Shown piece by piece: positions 10,901 through 17,399 of a stretch of 64,000 bases of DNA. Every line of letters starts with the position of its first letter. Within the stretch, counting starts at the first letter, position 1. Where the stretch lies: contig JALOCB010000003.1 of the NCBI GenBank assembly GCA_023227985.1, positions 5,260 through 69,259 of the forward strand. The letters are read 5' to 3'. Origin of the DNA: Candidatus Omnitrophota bacterium (GTDB lineage: Bacteria; Omnitrophota; Gorgyraeia; Gygaellales; Profunditerraquicolaceae). Both the position numbers and the translations under genes were made by a program. The notes under the pieces were generated by a model. It was not told the origin of the DNA. It made no database searches and saw nothing but the letters and a program-made list of their open reading frames with translations.

Positions 10901-12698
10901 CGATGTGCTTTCCGAGGCCATGCGCACAGGTGCGGTAACGCTGCCGGATAACTGGAACAAGAAGCTTTGGGAGGCCTATCGCAGCGACCTGGAAAGCGAG
11001 ATCAGTAAGATCCTTAACGGAAAGACGGTTGAGCAGTATTTTATCGCGCAGTTCAGCGAACAGATGAAGGAAGTGCTCTCCGCCAACAAAGGGGCATTGG
11101 TTGTCCATCTTTTGGGAAGCCTCAACTGTGTTGATTTCTTTAATATGAAAGGCGGTTTCCTGGTTGAACAGGTCAATCCCAACCCTGATTACGGCATTCT
11201 TGGAGCGGCGCGCGCAATAGGGGATATGTGGGAGATAAACCGCATGGAATTGTCCGCTTTTAAGGCGGTATGGGATAATCTGCCGGTTGACCAGCGCGGT
11301 AATTTTGGCCTGCAGATCACCAATCTCAAAGGCACCCAGTCCGGCGCGGTGGTGATCGGCTGGCGTAATATTCTGAAACAAACCGGTATTATCCCGGGGC
11401 AAGACGGTTTGCAGGTTGGCGTCAATATCGTCACTCCGGCGGATAGCATCGCTGCGGATAAGTATTTTGAGTACTTTAATACGCTCGGAAGCGGGTTAAG
11501 TTTTATCTCATATGATGCGTTGAAGCTTGGCGCTGCCTGGGCCGGCGTGGATATTTTTTGGAAGGAATGGAGGAGGCTGGCTAAGGAAGATGAGTTGTTG
11601 AGGTTCGGCGTCATGACCGGCTGGATGGCGGAAGCCAAGGCTCTGAGGTTCGGCGGCAAAGTCCTTTCCTTTGATATTTCTGACGAAGCCAAACAGACTG
11701 ACGGCGGCGCTGAGGTTGTGCCTTACCGGGTAGTGGTGGAGAATCTCTTCCGGGGGATCATTAAGAAATATGATGCTTTGGATAACGGCCAAGCTCTTTC
11801 TCTCGAAAAAGAAGAGTTGGAGGCAATACTCTGGATCTTGAATTCTTCTCCTTTTGAGAATATGTCAAGCCCGTTTGCCGCGATCAAGAGTATGAAGAAT
11901 ATCAGGAATGTGATCGAAAGGCTCAGCGATGACCAAAAGAAGGCCCTAAGTGTACTTTCACAGGGCTTGGTTTTTGTCAATCACGGGCTGGATAAAAAGG
12001 TGGCGGCATTGCTCGTAGACAAGAAGTTGCTCGACACCGCATATGAATCCGACACGGCGGTATATAAAGGGTTGAACAGCGGTTTTGACAGCTTCGCCAA
12101 TGCCTTGAAAGAGGTTAAGAATGCCGAGGGCGCTTTAGTGGTTAGCGCAAATGCTGTGTTGAATAACGCCGGAACGCTGAGAGTCCTGAGAGAAATAAAA
12201 GAAACCGGGCTGACCTTGGAAATAATCGTCCGGGCTGATACGGAAGATCAGGTGAATAAGCTGATTGCCCTTCGGGCAGACGAAGTCGCGACTATCCAGG
12301 CCAAGCGGCTGTCAGTTGTGCTCAGCGGCTTGAAGAACGCGGGTATAACCGATGGCAAGATAGTGGTGATTAAAGGCAAAGAAGAAGTAAAAGACGCGGT
12401 AGAAGCCGGCGTAAAGGTCGTAGAGATCTCCATGCCTAAAACAGAGGAGTCCAGTATCAACTCCATGGCCTTAGTTGCGGCAAAAGCGGTAATCATAGTG
12501 TTAAATGGTGAAGAAACGGTTGCCGCGCAATACCGGGAAATGGCGGTAAAATACGCCGCAGATAACAGCGTAACCTCTGAAGAATTGGATGATCTGCAGG
12601 ACCTGACCAGCCAGATCTCGGAGATACCCATGGCCAAGGTCAGCGAAGAAGTCGCTAAGGCGCAGGCCACTTATGAGGAGACTATAAGCAAGATATAA
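4926..12698 (+). CDS. Giant 2590-aa protein: N-terminal hydrophobic anchor/signal + pyruvate phosphate dikinase/PEP synthase-like enzyme + ~900 aa unassigned region + conserved C-terminal module
   Basis: RBS ggaggg lies 6 nt upstream of the ATG. N-terminus has the hydrophobic stretch IVGILILLQFSAGFAVI followed by RGYAAPGNLRPAAVK. PPDK N-terminal domain: GGKGLSLSVM...VPPGLNVTTTAYFKFV and VAVRSSGTKED...NVKGERDVLDKLRADWASLFTDRAVSYR. Phospho-His swivel motif: RGGDTCHAAIFCREQGIPAVTG. PEP-utilising TIM barrel: IGIMIEVPSAALVADE...FFSFGTNDYSHLAGMGDRED. The C-terminal ~190 aa are closely related to the C-terminus of the previous gene. Confidence 0.8.
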   Translation: MFVRLSQNNLFRKIVGILILLQFSAGFAVIRGYAAPGNLRPAAVKQDGSRSGTIQNSLDAASLDKVIKTPVIHKDGGITGQDVFKNILGEYRVSSTINNLAFGTFVQGQIDLSSVQNREALVNNFGEIKSKDRFFTLEYAGIPLALVKKAETGEITVKKVVEDIASIPLNILSDNAEKLKTEGVTSSDILVRDFLILEKRSRIDITQCMTVEFGELRDYVYNLAKNVGQEKALEMASAFAGKATVDEAMAEVGEKAKQLGRDQAKDTGLALAGGKGLSLSVMSRVVDVPPGLNVTTTAYFKFVKDNKQVWEKIFNELQTLDTMDDQKRDVVTSEIRDVIKSAPIPEDIKAEVTAMYHQLSVIRFLAGKPSPAPVAVRSSGTKEDIHVKTWLPVSTGSQAGQSDTFLNVKGERDVLDKLRADWASLFTDRAVSYRDDATFLQFSGAIDFNGKTSQDVYWGIVAKLREYSKKLDKPEYNVYADLMSKVTSPNPGSVSLMNAMEEILRQESNPEMSNALAVLKKKAEEVVHPEQIGIDVVIMQMAKSYLAGVLFTVNPATKMAGVAQSLYKSWYMGDDSLVYRDAKTDIIQGTRPIVVSFDVAFGYGENVVGGKVNPDKFIMGTYDGESWFVIEKSKGNKLIQMKDVEEVIDLLKDKISEKGQRQLAMTVKDAIAYDEVGKRINGIMATKLYGIKYLKALEGKEESDKDKKARVQAIANEIADMVKNKVSEDEVVAFIKGNFEVVNRKGYKGIQEMALSGVVREVFEKVQQAQAETDRGMFKLSKQLGDMGKADTLIHMIKEVWENKEFTLSDRQAILDKLNLTNQELRNMSYLIRALVDNSFTSNYETTLTHQDTFTMTDDQAQYVARMGWAITEYYKDARDIEYAIEIDKTASSDKAVRLYVVDDLGNVQGMDNNGNLVTVKSEKDKARIKEAKLRLYNVQARPYTAEYLKVDVMRARTEADEKWLEENSPKAIASGTKGENATQGYVLVFDPNKDVAWHADQIRRLKAGDFTAEEKAQIMAMGFNPEEYGSGKEKQLSVILYLLEADPNHDPIMRLVDSVVTIRGGDTCHAAIFCREQGIPAVTGAGKVILNGQLLKTGDAVTVDANNGNIYEMPADAGARIPINYVKFKIKPYGIPGDDDNMPYPGIGQIIAAASAAQQNSPIMLAVDAVGNSLTRAEFKGEEIGINVYAGYGHYLLQQIKAGKIKEPVRVRVQELIQGKVPGAKRFVDNIENVMAGAFAKDPAARSAYRDIMGKDFNKADSLQLLEFFDLKSDIELYGLDALKLVKQQVDILDLVPRLPENMYQTLEYLYGATQRRLNYDYNIIADLQNHPWILKEVDSKLAEKGYATFKEYITNEFLYFYNLMGFTIAPDQTAKNRAYDFAQDKIRGMPGSEVFSWPGVNPLVGLRGTSLEIEAFDEDFGGNQLVLDFLFDSVIQAHQNTGNQAWFYVFVRSSRELETLDKIIEHKAKQTGKLPKEIGIMIEVPSAALVADELAVKMSEMEKKYKKYGVEHTFFSFGTNDYSHLAGMGDREDPRMKLKIMDPAAIEAIGEMKAAGYYYDDAAKVLPLIDEGADVMQQLMETVVAAANGSSVATSLCGEAITALVNRGDYETAGKIMALLDSFGVSMMKVRLAASMTRVDTMAATKGITIPEAGRSILFDLSAGEVKQKKGVIKGEIIFVDNADDLVPNVLKGLQGPELTKKKEMFKLQSLENARSTMRTFNKIVIITKNLVAQQEPELVAEMGKAAFSKFVNDGLLKDIGNGQYVWTNLGVKTEKFNQELTIQGFSEKERKAIEGLWQKAWDNSIEGLERRGIDWDDLQYAKAIIVDADVNLDGWDVFRKDKSIIPTRIKATVKGISSRRAELEGQLATIDYAAKKVYKDFLSVEKIAAVLRSLPIPAEKPMITTQSAVAENANSVYQKIGYHPKLLLAYERNAVNELGKIFEEYVGKLVEEVEKVTQETDVQKRVWLLQKLQNKVGGLAEPMIKSFMSDVLSEAMRTGAVTLPDNWNKKLWEAYRSDLESEISKILNGKTVEQYFIAQFSEQMKEVLSANKGALVVHLLGSLNCVDFFNMKGGFLVEQVNPNPDYGILGAARAIGDMWEINRMELSAFKAVWDNLPVDQRGNFGLQITNLKGTQSGAVVIGWRNILKQTGIIPGQDGLQVGVNIVTPADSIAADKYFEYFNTLGSGLSFISYDALKLGAAWAGVDIFWKEWRRLAKEDELLRFGVMTGWMAEAKALRFGGKVLSFDISDEAKQTDGGAEVVPYRVVVENLFRGIIKKYDALDNGQALSLEKEELEAILWILNSSPFENMSSPFAAIKSMKNIRNVIERLSDDQKKALSVLSQGLVFVNHGLDKKVAALLVDKKLLDTAYESDTAVYKGLNSGFDSFANALKEVKNAEGALVVSANAVLNNAGTLRVLREIKETGLTLEIIVRADTEDQVNKLIALRADEVATIQAKRLSVVLSGLKNAGITDGKIVVIKGKEEVKDAVEAGVKVVEISMPKTEESSINSMALVAAKAVIIVLNGEETVAAQYREMAVKYAADNSVTSEELDDLQDLTSQISEIPMAKVSEEVAKAQATYEETISKI
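12130..12698 (+). repeat. Copy B of the duplicated C-terminal-module segment (paired with 4190..4767)
   Basis: See copy A. The two copies can be aligned codon by codon. Confidence 0.7.
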
Positions 12699-12704
12699 TA
12701 TATT

Positions 12705-12758
12705 GAGGCCGGGTCTTGTAACCGATTCAAACGCAAGGGAATACAAGACCGGGTCTTG
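12705..12758. repeat. Second occurrence of the (G)ACCGGGTCTTG palindromic motif pair, 7 nt after the stop of giant gene 2 and abutting the RBS of giant gene 3
   Basis: gaggccgggtcttgtaaccgattcaaacgcaagggaatacaagaccgggtcttg. Same core motif and same two-copy architecture as at 4774..4828. Confidence 0.7.
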
Positions 12759-12778
12759 ATAATTAGAGGAGGGAAAAG

Positions 12779-15700
12779 ATGTCCAGGCCGTCTAAAAACA
12801 ATAGTATCTCTAAAATAATTTCCGGCGTTGTGATCGCGCAATTTATCATGAGCAGTATAGCCCTGCGCGGTTATGCCGGCACAGACAATTTAAGGCCGGC
12901 TCCGGTCAAAGATTCCGACCGGATAAGCGTTCTGGCCGATGAATTGCAGAAAGACGGCGGCAAACTGGCTGAATGGATCCATATCTTAGCGGAAAATACA
13001 ATTGTGGGCGATGCCGCTAAAGGTTCGAACGTCGGCATGGTCATACGGCTGGGAAAGCTTGTTGAAGAGAATATATCCGGGTCCATATTAGGGCATTCGG
13101 CAAACCGGAAGGCGTATATAAAGGAAGTGGGCGCTCAAATCGCTGAAGGGCTGCGTTTGACCGGAATGGAAGAAAAGGCGATCGCGGCTGCCAGCCGCAA
13201 GATAGCTTTTTCCAGATACGATAACATCATGAATCACCGGATCCAGGCGATGTTTCAAGCAGGGATCAGGGAGATCTGCCTTTGCGTAGGCAGTGATAAG
13301 GATAAGCTCACCGTTGAGGAAGAGATATCGGATGTGCTTGCGCAGTTGCAGGTGTCTTTTGCCGATGTCTCTTTGGAACAAATAAAAAAGATAATTTTCC
13401 ACGTGGCTTGGGAGCCTGCGGCGAATATCGGCACCGGTACTGCTGTCGGTCCGGAAAAGATCAAGCTGGTCCATCAGGCTATCTATGAATTCTTTGCCGA
13501 GAAGTATAATACACCCTCCGGGTATATCGGCGATGTTTGGGGGAAGTCATTGAAAATACTTTACGGCGCAAGCGTTGACGGAAAGAACGTCGACGGCATA
13601 ATGGCGGTGAAAGAGGATAAAGGCATGGCTTTGGTGCACGGCGTGTTATTCGCTTCTTCGGGTAAAAAGGCCGATGGCTTCCTGGCTGTGGCCGAGGGGG
13701 TTAGCCGCGCCGCGGAAAGGGATAACGCCCAGTATGTCTGTTTTGTCAACCTTAAGGAATTCGCCAGGGCTGAGAAAGATGAGGCTTTGACTTTTGTCGT
13801 CGAGATCGTCCGGGCCATTGCTTTAGGACGGATCGATCCCCGGCATACCATTCTGGCGATCGCTGACCAGGATGTACATCTAAAGGAGTGGCAGGACGCG
13901 ATCGTCGGCAGAAGCGTTTCGATGTCGGACGGCGGATACGCGTATGTTGAAGGAACGAACTTTAAGGACAAGAATGTGCTTTTTCGCCCGGATTATAACA
14001 CTCCGGCTTCGGTAAAGACCGATGATCAGGGTAATGTTTTGTCGATCAAAATATCCGACGCAAGCAGGATCGTTGATTCCTTCCCGGCTTTGACCAAGAT
14101 CCTGAAAGATAAGCCAAAACATGTGGTTGTCGTTGTCCATTTCGAACCTAAGGTGTTGAATCCCGCGACCGGTAAGAAAGACAAGAAAAATCTGTCTACT
14201 AAAGTCACAGCGGACAAACTTAAAGAATTGCTGCCGGCGGAATATAAAGATAAGGTAATATTCCTGGCTGATTCAGTCAATGACAATGGGATTGCCGCCG
14301 AAGCAATGCGGGCTATAGAAAGTTATACTGATTCCGAGATCATCGTATTGGAAAATATCCGTTTTGCCAAAGGCGAAAAGAAAGGTGCCCCCGAGCTTAA
14401 TGATCCTAAAGGTGTAGCTTTACGCAAACAGCTTTCAGGATTAGCGGACGAATATGTGGTGGATGCCTTGGGTAATATTCATCGCGCCCACGCATCAATG
14501 CTGCCTTTGCCCGGGGTGCATAAAGTCATGGGCAGTCTTGTGGAAAAAGAGATTAAAGTGTTCAACCGGATACTTAACCCGGCGCATCCTTATGCCGGGG
14601 TTAACGGCGGTAATAAGGTTGAAGATAAAGTGGATACCATGGATGTGTCTTTGTCGACGATGCAGGAAGGCGACGCGATCATCATCGGCGGGGCTATGGC
14701 CTACACTTTTTTAAAGGCGCAGGATCCAACATTGAAATTGGGCAAATCACTTGTTCAGGCGGATAAAGTTGATCTGGCTAAGACTATACTTGAGAAGGCC
14801 GCCCGGAAGAAGGTGCGGATAATCCTTCCAGTGGACCATCGCATCTCGGATAAACTCGCTCCCGGAGCAGCAGAATTGGTTACTGAGGGGCTGGAAGTGC
14901 CGGATGGGTACATGGCGGTAGATATCGGACCCAAGACTGAAAAAATAGTCGCCGAGGTCTTAAGTAATGCCCAGACCGCTTTTTGGAACGGCCCAATGGG
15001 CGCGTTCGAGGATGAGGCTGGTGGTTTTAATAAGGGGACTTATACGGTTGCCAGGGAACTGCAGAAAATGGGCAGGTCCGGACGCCTGGCCGGTATCGGC
15101 GGCGGGGAGACACGTATGGCAGCAATTAAGGCCGGGGTTACCGATGCTGACGGCGTGTTCATGTCCAGCGGCGGCGGTTCCACGCAGGAATATTTCGCCA
15201 AGAAAGGCAATCTCCCGGTGATCAAGAATCTGGAGAATGACGAAACCGCCCAGAAAAATCTCGTCCTCGCGGGGAAATTGGGGGTAGAACCCGCGGATCT
15301 GGCGCGTTTTGAAGCGGCAGACAGCAGTATTTATAATGCCTTGGGAGATAAACTTTTCAACGGCTATATATCTCAGGTCAGAAGGTTGCTTCCCAGGTTT
15401 TCGACAGGCCAGAAATTAAACGGCGCTCTGTCCAAAGCAGAGGTCTCTGCGGAGGTGATTAAAGATTCGCGCGGAAACAATACTGTCCGGGCAACTTTAA
15501 AGATCGGGGATATTGTTACTGTCGGCGAAGTCCCTGCAGGCGCTTCCAAAGGGGCAGCTGAGGCTTTTGCTTTTCCGCCGAAGGAAATAGATAGGGCGAT
15601 CGCCAACGTGGCGAAGATCCAGGAGATACTTAAGAACAGCGGCCTGGATATAAGCAAACACAGCGATCTGCGCAAGACGGAACAATTGATCATTGCCGCG

Positions 15701-17302
15701 GCCGGTGAAAACTTCGCGACACTGGGCGCGAACGCCACAGTCCCTATTTCCTGGGCCTTGTGGAGGATGGCGGCAGCGTTGAATAATATGGAACTCTGGG
15801 AATACATCCGGATCAATGAGCCGGGAGTTGTCGGTAATGATCCGGTTTATTTCTATATGAACATATATAACGGCGGGCTGCACGCTTCCGGAGGCGACGC
15901 TTCGGTATTGGGTACAGTTTGGACCGAATTCCAGGAGATGCTGATCGTGCCCGTGGGCGCTAAAACTCACGCCGAAGGCGTGGCTATGGGAGATAAGATC
16001 GACCAGGAATTGAAGAAAATACTGAAAGGTAAATTCGCGGAAGCGGATATAATGCGTAAAGATGAAGCTGGTTTCGCGGTCAAAGGCCTGGGAAAAAGCG
16101 AAGACGCGATCGCTTATGTGGTACAGGCGATCAGGAACGCCGGCTATGAGCCCGGTAAAGACGTAAAGCTGGCTTTGGATGTCGCCGCGACCTCTTTCTA
16201 CGACGAGAAAGAGAATATATACAAGTTCCAGGGCCAGAAATTGACCTCAGCCGAGATGGTCGATTTTTACGTCAAACTGGTAAAGCAATATGACGGCCTG
16301 TTCCTTTCTATAGAAGACGGCCTGGCTGAAGAAGATTGGCAGGGATGGGTAGAGCTAACCGCGGCTATGAAAGAAAAAGGCGTCCTGACTATAGGCGATG
16401 ATCTGTACGTTACCCAGCACGGCCGGTTGAACAAAGGGCTGGCGATGAACGCGGCTACAGCGATCCTGATCAAGGTTAATCAAAATGGGACCCTGGGCGG
16501 AACTATCGATGTTATGAAGACCGCCAAGGCCAATGGCATTAAAGCTGTGGTATCGCACCGTTCCGGAGAAACTCTGGATGCCGGGATCGCGGATCTGGCT
16601 TACGCAACCCGGGCGTTCGGGCTTAAAACCGGGGATCCTCAACCTTTGGTTGATTTCCAGAATCCGAACGAACTGGTGCGCCGGGCTAAGTATGACAGGA
16701 TGATCGAGATCCAGAAACAAGAAAACATCCAAAATGACCCGGCATTATCCAGGCCTAAAGCGCTGTTGATCAATGCGGATTTTTTCAAATCCGGCGCGGT
16801 TAAGAACGCTGTGGCGGAAATAGCGAGATTAAACGGGAATATCAATGTGGTGATCTACGGAGATAATGCCGAAAAGCTAAAGACGCTGGTAGGAAATCCC
16901 GATATTATCGCGGTGCGGAGTTTGACTGCAGCTGTCTCTGAAATAGCTAACCGCGGGGTAAAATCTTCTCAGGATGCCGTTATTTTGACGCCTATGCCGT
17001 ATAGCTCGGAAACGTTTATTGTTCAAATCCGCAGCGGAGAAATAAGCACGCTGGCTTTGGCCAAGGCGGTAAAGCAGTTATTCAAGAACGACCGGATCAC
17101 CGCGGCTATGGATGAATTCTATAAATCGCTGGTTGATAACAAAGTGGTTTCCGAGCAGGACTACATAAATACAAGGGAAAAAATCCTAACGGATCTGATC
17201 GACGGTGTTTACAACCTGGGTGAGATTAAGTTGACAAAACAGGTATCTGATGTTATAGAAAAGGAGCGGCTGGTAACCGAAGAGTTCGTGGGTAAAGTGT
17301 AA
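12779..17302 (+). CDS. Giant 1507-aa fusion protein: N-terminal anchor + triosephosphate isomerase + phosphoglycerate kinase + enolase domains
   Basis: RBS aggagg lies upstream of the ATG. N-terminus has IISGVVIAQFIMSSIALRGYAGTDNLRPAPVK, sharing the RGYA..NLRPA.VK motif with the previous gene. TIM domain: GHSANRK, AWEPAANIGTGTA, ILYGASVDGKN. PGK domain: ENIRFAKGEKKG, GNIHRAHAS, GGAMAYTFLKA, VDIGPKT, FWNGPMGAFE, GIGGGET. Enolase domain: IKDSRGNNTV, MLIVPVGAK, LALDVAATSFY, LSIEDGLAEEDW, IGDDLYVTQ, ILIKVNQNGTL, VVSHRSGETLD. Confidence 0.8.
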   Translation: MSRPSKNNSISKIISGVVIAQFIMSSIALRGYAGTDNLRPAPVKDSDRISVLADELQKDGGKLAEWIHILAENTIVGDAAKGSNVGMVIRLGKLVEENISGSILGHSANRKAYIKEVGAQIAEGLRLTGMEEKAIAAASRKIAFSRYDNIMNHRIQAMFQAGIREICLCVGSDKDKLTVEEEISDVLAQLQVSFADVSLEQIKKIIFHVAWEPAANIGTGTAVGPEKIKLVHQAIYEFFAEKYNTPSGYIGDVWGKSLKILYGASVDGKNVDGIMAVKEDKGMALVHGVLFASSGKKADGFLAVAEGVSRAAERDNAQYVCFVNLKEFARAEKDEALTFVVEIVRAIALGRIDPRHTILAIADQDVHLKEWQDAIVGRSVSMSDGGYAYVEGTNFKDKNVLFRPDYNTPASVKTDDQGNVLSIKISDASRIVDSFPALTKILKDKPKHVVVVVHFEPKVLNPATGKKDKKNLSTKVTADKLKELLPAEYKDKVIFLADSVNDNGIAAEAMRAIESYTDSEIIVLENIRFAKGEKKGAPELNDPKGVALRKQLSGLADEYVVDALGNIHRAHASMLPLPGVHKVMGSLVEKEIKVFNRILNPAHPYAGVNGGNKVEDKVDTMDVSLSTMQEGDAIIIGGAMAYTFLKAQDPTLKLGKSLVQADKVDLAKTILEKAARKKVRIILPVDHRISDKLAPGAAELVTEGLEVPDGYMAVDIGPKTEKIVAEVLSNAQTAFWNGPMGAFEDEAGGFNKGTYTVARELQKMGRSGRLAGIGGGETRMAAIKAGVTDADGVFMSSGGGSTQEYFAKKGNLPVIKNLENDETAQKNLVLAGKLGVEPADLARFEAADSSIYNALGDKLFNGYISQVRRLLPRFSTGQKLNGALSKAEVSAEVIKDSRGNNTVRATLKIGDIVTVGEVPAGASKGAAEAFAFPPKEIDRAIANVAKIQEILKNSGLDISKHSDLRKTEQLIIAAAGENFATLGANATVPISWALWRMAAALNNMELWEYIRINEPGVVGNDPVYFYMNIYNGGLHASGGDASVLGTVWTEFQEMLIVPVGAKTHAEGVAMGDKIDQELKKILKGKFAEADIMRKDEAGFAVKGLGKSEDAIAYVVQAIRNAGYEPGKDVKLALDVAATSFYDEKENIYKFQGQKLTSAEMVDFYVKLVKQYDGLFLSIEDGLAEEDWQGWVELTAAMKEKGVLTIGDDLYVTQHGRLNKGLAMNAATAILIKVNQNGTLGGTIDVMKTAKANGIKAVVSHRSGETLDAGIADLAYATRAFGLKTGDPQPLVDFQNPNELVRRAKYDRMIEIQKQENIQNDPALSRPKALLINADFFKSGAVKNAVAEIARLNGNINVVIYGDNAEKLKTLVGNPDIIAVRSLTAAVSEIANRGVKSSQDAVILTPMPYSSETFIVQIRSGEISTLALAKAVKQLFKNDRITAAMDEFYKSLVDNKVVSEQDYINTREKILTDLIDGVYNLGEIKLTKQVSDVIEKERLVTEEFVGKV

Positions 17303-17331
17303 TTACCGCAGCTGATATAAAATGTTCTTTT

Positions 17332-17389
17332 AGAGGCCTCTGGAGAATTCCTATAAAGGATTATATCAGAGGCCTCTGATCTTTTGGGG
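17332..17389 (+). terminator. Paired palindrome AGAGGCCTCTG x2, followed by a T-tract: probable rho-independent terminator of the giant-gene operon
   Basis: tagaggcctctggag...atcagaggcctctgatcttttgggg. The second copy cagaggcctctg is followed by atcttttgggg. Confidence 0.55.
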
Positions 17390-17399
17390 CCCGAATGAA

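Noticed and set aside
4-17302. Possibility that the giant ORFs are artefacts of missed stop codons between separate genes, i.e. an ordinary glycolytic operon
   Set aside because: The provided ORF track shows uninterrupted reading frames of 4.7, 7.8 and 4.5 kb. Domain boundaries are joined by in-frame linkers without RBS-like sequences. The two shared terminal modules would not be expected on separate monofunctional genes. Assembly error cannot be excluded from sequence alone and is flagged as the main refutation test.
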